Below, piece after piece: positions 25,059-36,864 of a stretch of DNA of 64,000 nt (position 1 is the first letter of the stretch; each line of letters begins with the position of its first letter). Source of the stretch: Heptranchias perlo (taxonomy: Eukaryota); assembly GCF_035084215.1 (NCBI RefSeq), contig NC_090335.1, positions 48,050,001 to 48,114,000 on the forward strand. The letters run 5' to 3'. The notes under the pieces were generated by a model. That model searched no databases. It was not told the DNA's origin and saw only the letters and a program-made list of their open reading frames with translations. Position numbers and translations under genes: made by a program.

Positions 25059-28006
25059 TGTGGCAGGGGGATGGGAACCGATGCAGGAAGTCAGTGGGAA
25101 ATAAAGTGGTGACAGAAACAAAAGGCAGTAAGGGAGAGTGTACAGAACATGACCGGACAGATGGTCTGAGAAAGCAGGGCAAAGACCAAGGGAAGTCTAG
25201 ATTAAACTGCATTTATTTCAATGCAAGAAGTCTGATGGGCAAGGCAGATGAACTCAGGGCATGGATGGGTACATGGGACTGGGATGTTATAGCTATTACT
25301 GAAACATGGCTAAGGGAGGGGCAGGACTGGCAGCTCAATGTTCCAGGGTACAGATGCTATAGGAAAGATAGAGCAGGAGGTAAGAGAGGAGGGGGAGTTG
25401 CGTTCTTGATTAGGGAGAACATCACGGCAGTAGTGAGAGGGGATATATCCGAGGGTTCGCCCACTGAGTCCATATGGGTAGAACTGAAAAATAAGAAGGG
25501 AGAGATCACTTTGATAGGATTGTACTACAGACCCCCAAATAGTCAACGGGAAATTGAGGAGCAAATATGTAAGGAGATTACAGACAGCTGCAAGAAAAAT
25601 AGGGTGGTAATAGTAGGGGACTTTAACTTTCCCAACATTGACTGGGACAGCCATAGCATTAGGGGCTTGGATGGAGAGAAATTTGTTGAGTGTATTCAGG
25701 AGGAATTTCTCATTCAGTATGTGGCTGGCCCGACTAGAGAGGGGGCAAAACTTGACCTCCTCTTGGGAAATAAGGAAGGGCAGGTGACAGAAGTGTTAGT
25801 GAGGGATCACTTTGGGACCAGTGATCATAATTCCATTAGTTTTAAGATAGCTATGGAGAAGGATAGGTCTGGCCCAAAAGTTAAAATTCTAAATTGGGGA
25901 AAGGCCAATTTTGATGGTATTAGACAGGAACTTTCAGAAGTTGATTGGGAGAGTCTGTTGGCAGGCAAAGGGACGTCTGGTAAGTGGGAGGCTTTCAAAA
26001 GTGTGTTAACCAGGGTTCAGGGTAAGCACATTCCTTATAAAGTGAAGGGCAAGGCTGGTAGAAGTAGGGAACCTTGGATGACTCGGGAGATTGAGGCACT
26101 AGTCAAAAATAAGAAGGAGGCATATGACATGCATAGGCAGCTGGGATCAAGTGGATCCCTTGAAGAGTATAGAGATTGCCGGAGTAGAGTTAAGAGAGAA
26201 ATCAGGAGGGCAAAAAGGGGATATGAGATTGCTTTGGCAGATCAGGCAAAGGTGAATCCAAAGAGCTTCTACAAATACATAAAGGGCAAAAGGGTAACTA
26301 GGGAGAGAGTAGGGCCTCTTAAGGATCAACAAGGTCATCTATGTGCGGAACCACAAGAAATGGGTGAGATCCTGAATGAATATTTCACATCGGTATTTAC
26401 GGTTGAGAAAGGCATGGATGTTAGGGAACTTGGGGAAATAAATAGTGATGTCTTGAGGAGTGTACATATTACAGAGAGGGAGGTGCTGGAAGTCTTAACG
26501 CGCATCAAGGTAGATAAATCTCCGGGACCTGATGAAATGTATCCCAGGACGTTATGGGAGGTTAGGGAGGAAATTGCGGGTCCCCTAGCAGAGATATTTG
26601 AATCATCCACCGCTACAGGTGAGGTGCCTGAAGATTGGAGGGTAGCAAATGTTGTGCCTTTGTTTAAGAAGGGCGGCAGGGAAAAGCCTGGGAACTATAG
26701 ACCAGTGAGCCTGACATCTGTAGTGGGTAAGTTTTTAGAGGGTATTCTGAGGGACAGAATCTACAGGCATTTGGAGAGGCAGGGACTAATTAGGAACAGT
26801 CAGCATGGTTTTGTGAGAGGAAAATCATGTCTCACGAATTTGATTGAGTTTTTTGAAGGGGTAACCAAGAAGATAGATGAGGGCTGTGCAGTAGACGTGG
26901 TCTACATGGACTTCAGCAAAGCATTTGACAAGGTACCGCATGGTAGGTTGTTACATAAGGTTAAATCTCATGGGATCCAAGGTGAGGTAGCCAATTGGAT
27001 ACAAAATTGGCTTGACGACAGAAGACAGAGGGTGGTTGTCGAGGGTTGTTTTTCAAACTGGATGCCTGTGTCCAGCGGTGTGCCTCAGGGATCGGTGCTG
27101 GGTCCGCTGTTATTTGTTATTTATATTAATGATTTGGATGAGAATTTAGGAGGCATGGTTAGTAAGTTTGCAGATGACACCAAGATTGGTGGCATTGTGG
27201 ACAGTGAAGAAGGTTATCTAGGATTGCAACTGGATCTTGATAAATTGGGCCAGTGGGCCGATGAATGGCAGATGGAGTTTAATTTAGATAAATGTGAGGT
27301 GATGCATTTTGGTAGATCGAATCGGGCCAGGACCTACTCCGTTAATGGTAGGGCGTTGGGGAGAGTTATAGAACAAAGAGATCTAGGAGTACAGATTCAT
27401 AGCTCCTTGAAAGTGGAGTCACAGGTGGATAGGGTGGTGAAGAAGGCATTCAGCATGCTTGGTTTCATTGGTCAGAACATTGAATGCAGGAGTTGGGATG
27501 TCTTGTTGAAGTTGTACAGGGCATTGGTGAGGCCACACTTGGAGTACTGTGTACAGTTCTGGTCACCCTATTATAGAAAGGATATTATTAAACTAGAAAG
27601 AGTGCAGAAAAGATTTACTAGGATGCTACCGGGACTTGATGGTTTGACTTACAGGGAGAGGTTAGACAGACTGGGACTTTATTCCCTGGAGAGTAGGAGA
27701 TTAAGGGGTGATCTTATAGAAGTCTATAAAATAATGAGGGGCATAGATAAGGTCGATAGTCAAAATCTTTTCCCAAAGGTAGGGGAGTCTATAACGAGGG
27801 GGCACAGATTTAAGGTGAGAGGGGAGAGATACAAAAGGATCCAGAGGGGCAATTTTTTCACTCAAAGGGTGGTGAGTGTCTGGAACGAGCTGCCAGAGGC
27901 AGTAGTAGAGGCGGGTACAATTTTGTCTTTTAAAAAGCATTTGGACAGTTACATGGGGAAGATGGGTATCGAGGGATATGGGCCAAGTGCAGGCAATTGG
28001 GACTAG
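25058..28006 (+). CDS. CR1 ORF2p: AP endonuclease + reverse transcriptase (start uncertain)
   Basis: YFNARS, ITETWL, YRPP, GDFN, SDH; [23 protein letters not shown]; open to TAG 28004-28006; -1 frame relative to ORF1. Confidence 0.95.
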   Translation: MWQGDGNRCRKSVGNKVVTETKGSKGECTEHDRTDGLRKQGKDQGKSRLNCIYFNARSLMGKADELRAWMGTWDWDVIAITETWLREGQDWQLNVPGYRCYRKDRAGGKRGGGVAFLIRENITAVVRGDISEGSPTESIWVELKNKKGEITLIGLYYRPPNSQREIEEQICKEITDSCKKNRVVIVGDFNFPNIDWDSHSIRGLDGEKFVECIQEEFLIQYVAGPTREGAKLDLLLGNKEGQVTEVLVRDHFGTSDHNSISFKIAMEKDRSGPKVKILNWGKANFDGIRQELSEVDWESLLAGKGTSGKWEAFKSVLTRVQGKHIPYKVKGKAGRSREPWMTREIEALVKNKKEAYDMHRQLGSSGSLEEYRDCRSRVKREIRRAKRGYEIALADQAKVNPKSFYKYIKGKRVTRERVGPLKDQQGHLCAEPQEMGEILNEYFTSVFTVEKGMDVRELGEINSDVLRSVHITEREVLEVLTRIKVDKSPGPDEMYPRTLWEVREEIAGPLAEIFESSTATGEVPEDWRVANVVPLFKKGGREKPGNYRPVSLTSVVGKFLEGILRDRIYRHLERQGLIRNSQHGFVRGKSCLTNLIEFFEGVTKKIDEGCAVDVVYMDFSKAFDKVPHGRLLHKVKSHGIQGEVANWIQNWLDDRRQRVVVEGCFSNWMPVSSGVPQGSVLGPLLFVIYINDLDENLGGMVSKFADDTKIGGIVDSEEGYLGLQLDLDKLGQWADEWQMEFNLDKCEVMHFGRSNRARTYSVNGRALGRVIEQRDLGVQIHSSLKVESQVDRVVKKAFSMLGFIGQNIECRSWDVLLKLYRALVRPHLEYCVQFWSPYYRKDIIKLERVQKRFTRMLPGLDGLTYRERLDRLGLYSLESRRLRGDLIEVYKIMRGIDKVDSQNLFPKVGESITRGHRFKVRGERYKRIQRGNFFTQRVVSVWNELPEAVVEAGTILSFKKHLDSYMGKMGIEGYGPSAGNWD

Positions 28007-29740
28007 CTTAGTGGTATAAACTGGGCGACATGGACATGTTGGGCCGAAGGGCCTGTTTCCATGTTGTAACTTCTATGATTCTATACTTCTATGATTTATA
28101 AATAGAGGCATGGAGTACAAAAGCAAGGAAGTTATGTTGAACCTTTATAAAACACTGGTTTGACCACAGCTGGAGTATTGTGTCCAATTCTGGGATGTGA
28201 AGGCCTCCGAGAGGGTGCAGGAAGGATTTACTAGAAAGTTTCTTGGGATGAGGGACTTCAGTTACATGGAGAAACTGGGGTTGTTCTCCTTTGAGCAGAG
28301 AAGGTTGAGAGGAGATTTGATAGTGTTCAAAATCATGAGGAGTTTAAATAAAGTAAATAAAGATAAACTGTTCCCATTGGCGGAAGGGTCGAGAACCAGA
28401 GGATACAGATTTAAGGTGATTGGCAAAAGGACCAAAGGTGACGTGAGGAAAAACTTTTTTATGCAGCGAGTAGTTATGATCTGGAATGCACTGTCTGAAA
28501 GGGTGGTGGAAGTAGATTCAATCATGGTTTTCAAAAACGAATTGGATAGATACTTGAAGGAAAAAAGTTTGCAGGGCTACGGGGAAAGAATGGGGGATTG
28601 GGACTAACTGGATTGCTCTTACTAAGAGCCGTTACGGGCTTGATGGGCCGAATGGCCTCCTTCTGTGCTGTAACCATTCTATGATCATGATGACATTTCC
28701 ATGGTCCTGGAGAGCACACGCATTTTCATATTCAATGAAGTATTTGAATATCGATAACAGTCATATCCAATTTCATCCAGCTTTTTAAAGGACTTATCTT
28801 GCATAGTATGAGCTACTTTTGATTGGGGGAAAGACATTCTTGCAGAGGAGTCCTACGTGGCAGAGGCCCTAAAGCTAGTCGGTGCTTCTCCTTCGAATCT
28901 TAGAGGCCTAGGATGAATCCTTTCCAGCCTTGGGATTGTCTGGAGAGAACCATGAGGCAGGTCTTCACTGATATCATTGGAGTGGCAGCCAATCTAATGG
29001 TACCTAACAATAGCCACATTAGACAGTGCCCAACTGAAGGGGCATAGCTAAAATGAGCATAACTGATCGTGCTGTTTCTCAGGATGGCAACACCTCTGGC
29101 CCCTCCTGCCAAGTCCCTTCAATGCTTGAACAAGTAGCAGAAAGTGCATTGGGCTAGGCCTAGACAAACTGAAGTGAAAGTGACAGAGCCTGCCTCCGTG
29201 ACATTTCAAAAGTCAGCTGCCGAGGCCACCTCAAGCCACAAAACTCTTGTGTACACATAGCAGCCAGCCTGCTCTTCTTCGAAATAATGCCATGGGATCT
29301 TTTACATCCACCTGAGAGGCCTTGGTTTAATGTCTCATCAGAAAGACAATACCTCCGAAAGACCATGCCAGTGGAACGTGGGAGGCGCGATCAGGCTGCC
29401 CAGGAGAAAGCACCAGAAATGCAGCCAGTAGAGCTTCCTTGAGAGACGAGGGTCATCTTAGTCCCAATGACCTTTTTGTAGAGCATAAGCAGCTAACCAC
29501 CACCTGTGCATCAGGTCCTCAGGTTGCACCTGAAGAAGCACAAGAATAGGTTAAATAAAAAGGCACCTATAGACACCCAGGGGAAGGATGGTGTTAAGAA
29601 AGAGTAGGTTGATGGTGGGCACTTTGGAATTCACTGTAATAAAATTGAACGTGCACTGACGTGGCATTTTGTTATTGATGAAGATTAAAGTCTTACAGAA
29701 AAATCTGCCATTGGTCTGACCCTGTGAGAAGCAAGTCTAG

Positions 29741-31780
29741 GGGTCCGATTTTAGCACCCGCTACCGGGTGCGTTCTCGGCGGGGGGGGGCCCCGAAAATC
29801 CCGAAATCCAGGTGCGGGACCGGATCGCGCCTCGATCCCGCCCACTTCCGGGTTCCCCGATGACGCGCCGGCGTGCGCACGCAGCCCCCGCTGGTGGGAA
29901 TCCCACAGGCAATTAAAGCCAGCGGGATGCCACTTGAGAGTATTTACTTTGCTTGTTCAGGTCATTAACTGACCTGATTAAGGGACTGTGTGTGATTTTT
30001 GATAAACATGGGACTGTTTCACACACTGGGGGAAACACTCCCAGTTGAAATGGACGTGTTGCAGCTGTCAGCCTGTGGCAGCTGCAAAGGTCCATTTGAC
30101 AGGTGGGGGGGGTGGGGAGACCCTCAGCCATTGCAGGAGGCCGCTCTGTCACTTGGGACAAAGTTTGGCCTCCACCACCCTCCTCCTGATGGTCGAAGTC
30201 ACCAACCTGCACACTTACCCCGGGGTCCGGAGACATGTACCTACCTTGCGGACCCCCTCAGATGTACATCTTGTGGATGGGGACCGCCGTAGCTGCAGTC
30301 ATGACCTCCTCGGAGGGCGAACAGCATCACCAGCCTCGCCATCCACGCCATCCACCTCTGACACGTGGAGCTCCACAACAGAATGCTGTGACACATCCAC
30401 CTGTACAGCAGGAGGGAGGGCTACCGCAGAGAGAGATGCGTCGCAGAGGGCACTACCCTCGCCACACGTTCCACAGACCGAGGCTCAGCCTCCTGGACCT
30501 CTCCGAGCAGCAGTGCACACGGAGGCTCAGAGTCAGTCGATGTGTAGCCGTGGACTTCTGCAGCCTCTTTCATGCCGAGCTGCTCCTGGCTGGCCCGTGC
30601 ATCATCTTCCTATCTGTCGCTGTCAAAGTCACCACTGCCCTCCCGAACTTCTGCTCCACAGCCTTCCAGGCTGCAACCGGGGACATCCCCGATGTCTCTC
30701 AGTCGTCTGCGCAGAAGAGCCCTGCAACTACACCTACACCCATTCTGCAGTTACACAATGGGTGGCATCAGTGGTGGGTCCTCATAGTGATACCCAGGAG
30801 CGGGCATTATTGCACAAACCGGACAGGATTCGCGAAGACATGGCAGTAGTGGTGCCAATATAATGTGTGATGTGAGTTGTTCTTTAATTCAATAGAAGTA
30901 AGAACCATGACAAACCCTCAAACACCCTTGTGAATCCCCTTCATGCTCACGACACGTTTGCCTTACGCTGCCTACTGCACATATGTGATGCATGCCCTGT
31001 GGCTGCAGCACAGGTGGTGGCAGGTTGAGTGAGGTTGGCCATGAGAGAGATGCATGAGAGGGTGAGTATGGGATAGAGCCATGAGATTGTATGAGGATTG
31101 GGTTGCGTGGTAGTGGCGGGGTGAGTACTCGCGAGGTGAGTAAGTCCAGGTAAGATGAGGATGAGGTTTGAGTGGGTATGAGGGGTGATGTGACAGAGTA
31201 GTGTTGGTAGTGCCGAAGGAGATGTGGGGTGGGGGCAGTGTTGTGGCAGACGGAGTGTAGGGGAAAGACTATGTGTTCTCACTGTGGCTGACCTACTGAG
31301 GTCATTGGAGCGCCTCCTGCACTGTATGCAGGTGGGCGATATGTTGGTGGCGCTGGTGACCTCCTCTGCCACCTCGAGCCAGGCCTTGGTGGCGGTGGCA
31401 GAGGCAGGCCGCTTCCTCCCGCCCGCCAGGTGGAAGATCTCTGTCCTCCCCCTCCTCCTCACCCCATCTAATGATACCTGGGGTGAGGCATCATTAAACT
31501 GGGAGCAGCCTTCCCCCTGGGCTGCTCCATGCTGTAATTTTTGCTGTTTGTGGCAGCATCTGTCAGTGGAGGACTGCCCCTTTAAATAGAGCGCCTCCAG
31601 CTGACAGATCTTACTGCGCATGCGCAGCCCGCCCGACGCGCAGATCAGCAGCGGGGAACCCGGAGGAGCAGGTAAGTGGATCCAATTAGTGTGTTGCCTG
31701 CTACGATCGCGCGGGCAACCCACTAAATGCGCCCGCTGGCCCACCCGCCGAGAACCCGCACCCCTGGTAAAATTGGGCCC
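29741..31780. mobile_element. Internally deleted PIF/Harbinger DNA transposon
   Basis: Imperfect TIRs GGG(T/C)CC(G/A)ATTTTA...GTTCTCGGCGGG; + strand HARBI1-like remnant near 30435-30720 (LDLSEQQCTRRLR...VAVKVTTAL...FQAATGD...VSQS); - strand Myb/SANT remnant 31283-31530 (KAWLEVAEEV...QCRRRSNDL). Confidence 0.85.
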
Positions 31781-32169
31781 CAGGTGTCTACAAGCAGAAT
31801 GGGAAAAAAATTGTTTCAAAAAGCATTTCCTAGCTGCAGAAATCTGTAATCAAAATCTCCAGTTTCTTCTGTGAACTCCTTACTTCCCCCTGTAGTAGCT
31901 GATTCTGACAACTGCTGCACCTCATAATTTGCAGTCTAAGTTACCAAGAGTACACTAGCAGGAAGCTCATGGCTGCTTTGTCACTGGCTCTTACTTTGAC
32001 ATGTGCAAACGAGGCCAATGGGGACTCAGCAGGAGATTGTGGTGTTGGCCAGGAGCTGCAGTAACCTGAGATGTCAGCTACTGATACACAGGAACGACTT
32101 TTGAACTAAAGTAACCTGAGTTCAGTCCTGGTCTTGGCTGGCTGGAACCAGTTTGAATTAACCAAGTTT

Positions 32170-32740
32170 TGTGAAAGACAAAGGAGATGTGATAAGACAC
32201 AAGTCCTTATTTAGAAAAAGAGTAATGAGGTAATGCTACCTAAGTCCTTGGGACAGAGCCAATGAGGAGAAGTTCCAGGCAAGAGCGAGCAAGCCTAAAC
32301 CAAAGGGAGAGAGACAGCACAGCTTGAAGAGATAAGATTCGGAATAAGAATGAAGGATCTGAGGCGTGGAGCCAGAGCGAAGACTCCGGAGACCAACCAT
32401 CGCAGAAGTGGAAAACCCTACGTCAGGGACGTAGAGACGATGTCGAGAGAGAGAGAACGGAACGCCTGGCCAGCGTCAGCTCTCCTTTTCGGGTATTATC
32501 CTTTATATTCTGTGACCACTCGGAGTGTCTGAGAAACCTAGTGGGCGTGTGTTTAGATCCTAGTTTGGGGAAAAAACTGTATAACCTGGTGTAAACTGCA
32601 TGTCTATATCTAACCAGACATATAAGCTATATGTATATGATCTAACGGCGTGAATAAAGTGAATTGAGAGTTAAGAGAGAATTGACTCTTCTCCTCTGTG
32701 TACTAAGCCAGTAACCATAACCGGTGACCTCCGGTCAACA
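32170..32740 (+). mobile_element. Probable solo LTR
   Basis: CCAAT near 32259, AATAAA near 32654, ends TCAACA; 5' boundary and TSD uncertain. Confidence 0.45.
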
Positions 32741-33338
32741 GTAGGAAAGTTCAAAAATAGCGAGAAAACTCAGGAGACCCGTTCGTTTTGAAGGTGCACA
32801 AGCATCAGAAATGAATTACACCTGAATTACCTCACTAAAAATTTGCCACATGGTTTATACACCATTAATGCATGGAAAATAGAGAGAAAATTCACTTAGA
32901 CTTTATTTTCTCCCTTCCAAGTAATCATGTGTTGTCTTCCTTCTGCTTTTGTCTTGCTCAAGTACATGTCTTTTCAGTTGTATTTATTAATGGAAGTTTG
33001 GGTTGGAACCTGACCTCAACCTCCTGATGTGTCTTGACTGCACTGTTTCTTTTTTCACACTACTTTGGGCTTGCTTTATGGAGCTTGTCCCTTCAAGCAT
33101 AATTTTTCAATTAAATAATAGTTCAGAATGTCTGCGTGTTGTTGCTTCAGAATTGTCTTCAAGTGGTGTTTTCAGGAAATGACCATGTATTTTGTTCTCA
33201 GTGGCCCTGAATATATATTGTTATACTTTTGTTACAATAACAAAACTGAAGCAAAAGGTTAAGTTGTTACCTTTGGGAAAAATTTGCTTTGCAATCTCTA
33301 AGATCAATTTCCCTTCATAGAACCTAGAGAACCATAGA

Positions 33339-34572
33339 TGTAGGGGGTGGTGGTGTGTGTCAGCTTCACCTCTGACCTCTGAGCGGTCCGAATCGCTCCC
33401 ACTCCCTGGGTTCTAGACCTTGGACTTATTTGGGGGTTGTGACAAAGTGCAGCAGACAACTGGTTTTGGTGCAAGAAATTTTGACCTTTATTCAAAAGAG
33501 GAAATACAACACAACAATCTTAACACTCAAATAAAATGGGGAACACTTCAGTACACGCGAGGGAAATTACAGTAGAAAGATACCTCACCCCTCCCAATCC
33601 CACTGTACTAGCTAGGTTGGACTCTAAAGGGCTAGAGATAATGCTCACCAAACGAATCCTTGACAATAATTCACCCAGAGGTAAGTCAGAAATAGATTGT
33701 AGAGTGGAAACTTTGCGGATCTTCGGTTTTCTCCCGAGTTGGTTTTCTTTGGTCGCGTTGGCCCAATATTACCCAGTTGGTTGGTGATAATATTCGGTTG
33801 GTTGTTTCGTAAGGCCCTTGTTGCCGTGAGGTGTCTGATGGTCACTGAGGCTGTTGCTCTGGTTTCTTGTGTGTCGGCCTGCTTCTACAGCTGCTGACCT
33901 TCCCTGTCGAATGGCTTTCCTGTTGCTCCCTCGCCTTGTTGTTAGCTGGAAACTGCTTTCCTCCCAGACACAGGCAGAACCAAGACAAGCAGCCCACCAG
34001 AGCCAGCAAGCCAGAGAGAGAGCGAGCGGTTTCGAGTTTCCACTTGTGGATGTCTCTCTTACAATTGGTCTTCGTCACTTTAAAAAAACACTTCATGTCT
34101 GTTTAAACAGTTCTTACAAAGTCCTTAAGAATCTTTGATGGCCTTGTTGATGGTCCCTCATCATGTTGCCATTGCTCCTCCCGATGGGTCATTGTTAATT
34201 CCGAATTGCTGATCACCTGGTATACAGGCTTCCTTTTGTATCCAACGTCCTACGTGTTGATAGGTTTTGCATTAAAACAAAAGCATGGCCCCACCATGTC
34301 TGGAGCAGTTGCCTCTTTCAATGGCTGACTGCTTTTCGAATTCGTGCTGAGTGTCGACCACCTGCTGTCGGTTTTGCATTAAAACAGAGACATGTCTAAA
34401 GCATTAATTCTCCGAAGTTCCACGGTGTGTGTGTTGTTGGTTTCGTCTGGTGACCTCTCACCTATTCTTCCATTTTAGGATTATAGTCAATGGCCAAAGT
34501 TTTCCCATACTCAGGGTTGTTTAGGGTTTTTCTCCGAGTTTTGGGGGATCTGTGAATTTTGAGAATCTTACA
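33339..34572 (-). mobile_element. Probable long solo LTR (about 1.23 kb)
   Basis: TGTA...TACA termini, minus-strand AATAAA near 33487, internal repeat GGTTTTGCATTAAAACA twice, CpG retained. Confidence 0.6.
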
Positions 34573-34579
34573 AGAAGTT

Positions 34580-35660
34580 CTTTTTTATTTGTTCATGGGA
34601 TGTGGGCGTCGCTGGCAAGGCCAGCATTTATTGCCCATCCCTAATTGCCCTTGAGAAGGTGATGTTGAGCTGCCGCCTTGAATCGCTGCAATCCGTGTGG
34701 TGAAGGTTCTCCCACAGTGCTGTTAGGTAGGGAGTGCCAGGATTTTGACCCAGCCATGATGAAGGAATGGCGATATATTTTCAAGTCGGGATGGTGTGTG
34801 ACTTGGAGGGCAACGTGCAGGTGGTGTTCTTCCATGTGCCTGCTGCCCTTGTCCTTTTAGGTGGTAGAGGTCGTGGGTTTGGGAGGTGCTGTTGAAGAAG
34901 CCTTGGTGAGCTGCTGCAATGCATCCTGTAGATGGTACACACTGCAGCCACGGTGCGCCGATGGTGGAGGGAGTGAATGTTCAAGGTGGTGGATGGGGTG
35001 CCAATCAAGCAGGCTGCTTTGTCCTGGATGGTGTTGAGCTTCTTGAGTGTTGTTGGAGCTGCACTCATCCAGGCAAGTGAAGAGTATTCCATCACACTCT
35101 TGACTTGTGCCTTGTAGATGGTGGAAAGGCTTTGTGGAGTCAGGAGGTGAGTCACTCGCTGCAGAATACCCAGCCTCTGACCTGCTCTTGTAGCCACGAT
35201 ATTTATGTGGCTGGTCCAGTTAAGTTTCTGGTCAATGGTGACCCCCAGGATGTTGATGGTGGGGGATTCAGTGATGGTAATGCCGTTGAATGACAAGGGG
35301 AGATGGTTAGACTCTTGTTGGAGATGGTCATTGCCTGGCACTTGTCTGGCGTGAATGTTACTTGCCACTTATCAGCCCAAGCCTGGATGTTGTCCAGGTC
35401 TTGCTGCATGCGGGCACGGATTGCTTCATTATCTGAGGGGTTGCGAATGGAACTGAACACTGTGCAATCATCAGCGAACATCCCCATTTCTGACCTTATG
35501 ATGGAGGGAAGGTCATTGATGAAGCAGCTGAAGATGGTTGGGCCTAGGACACTGCCCTGAGGAACTCCTGCAGCAATGTCCTGGGGCTGAGATGACCGGC
35601 CTCCAACAACCACTACCATCTTCCTTTGTGCTAGGTATGATTCCAGCCACTGGAGAGTTT
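34580..35660 (-). mobile_element. Second CR1-clade LINE family (family B), 3' fragment
   Basis: [24 protein letters not shown]; same 3' end as the copies at 45105, 50730 and 60951. Confidence 0.9.
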
Positions 35661-36348
35661 ATTAGTGCAGAAAGAGGCTATTCGGTCCATAGTGTCCGTG
35701 CTGCCTCTTAGCAAGAGTCGTACGCTGCCCCGCTCTGTCCTTATAACCTGTTTCTTCCTCTGCTTCAAATATTTATCCAACTTTTCCTTGAAAGATGCAA
35801 TCACTCCCTGTGGCAAAGCATTCCATGCTCCAACAGCCCCTTGTATAAAGAAATTTCTCCTACTCTCTGTCCTCATTCTCTTAGTGGCCATTTTAAATTG
35901 ATTACCCCTCATCACTGACTCTCCTATTCACTTTATTAAAACCCAAATCATTTTAAAAACCTCTATTAAATCTCCTCATAGCCTTTTCTGCTCCAGTGGA
36001 AATAGTCCCATTATCATTCCTTTGATCAAGTCAAATAGAGAACTCCTTGCCAATAATTATCCCGTTCGTATTATGTCAAGGATAAGAATGGCAATTTTGT
36101 CAAGGTCGGTCAATGCCTTGGTCCTCCATTGTCAGCAGATTTCAGGATATAGTTGGAAATGCTCTTCCAACACTCAGAAAGTCATAGAAAGTTCAAAAAA
36201 GAAACTGACTTCACAAAGAGTAAACTACGTTTCTGAGGGCAACTTTAACAAAAGGAAATGACTTCTAATATCAAACAGGAACTGAAGCAACTGCTTTGGT
36301 GCAGCAAGAAGGTCTGTTCCTTAACATCAGCGTTACCGATGAAGCACG

Positions 36349-36379
36349 ATGATTGCTACATTGCTCCTGTTTTCAGTCT
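36349..36379 (+). CDS. Leader exon of V-J Ig-superfamily gene
   Basis: MIATLLLFSV then T|GTAAGT, phase 1; in-frame TGA upstream; GGAA (ETS-like) motifs near 36254 and 36278. Confidence 0.75.
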
Positions 36380-36516
36380 GTAAGTATATCGATTCTATAT
36401 ATAAGTAATGTATAATTAATCTTATTTTAATATTATGACAGGTTTAATATAGCATGGCACTTGTGTTAAAACATTTTGAATATCTTTAAAACTTTAATGA
36501 GTCTGTATTATAATAG

Positions 36517-36864
36517 GTGTTGCCACCAGATTGGAGCTGCTACAATATCCCATCTCGCTCCGGCTGCAGGAAAGCCAGTCTGCCCATTTCCACTGCATTC
36601 TACAATACGAAGGCAAGGTAGTAAACGGCAATTTTTATTGGCATTATGTTAAAGTGAACTTTGGTGAAATCCAAATGAGCAATATCAGTATCAAGCCAGA
36701 AGATGATCGTATCAATATGTCCAGTGCAACTGATTGCAACAACTCGTTGATAATTAAGGATCTTCACATAACTGACACGGGTGTGTATTATTGCAACATC
36801 ATTATTCACGAAGCTTCACTTTCGAGGAAGATCACGGGCACTGGGACTCATCTAATTGTTCAAG
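36517..36864 (+). CDS. Ig V-set exon with J-like G strand (germline-joined VJ)
   Basis: taatag| ...QYP...AHFHC...FYW...SLIIKDLHITDTGVYYC...ITGTGTHLIVQ G|gtaagg; phase 1-1. Confidence 0.92.

Larger units (their letters stand above)
23248..28094 (+). mobile_element. Full-length, apparently intact CR1 LINE
   Basis: 5' tandem array, 5'UTR, uninterrupted ORF1 and ORF2, TTCTATGA-type 3' tail, TTTATA duplication at 23242-23247 and 28095-28100. Confidence 0.97.
22330..28690 (+). mobile_element. Older degenerate CR1 (22330-23247 and 28095-28690) split by the full-length CR1
   Basis: The halves join seamlessly (GGGATCCTGGGCTTTATA|AATAGAGGCA) as in the copies at 12321 and 41060; multiple stops. Confidence 0.92.
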
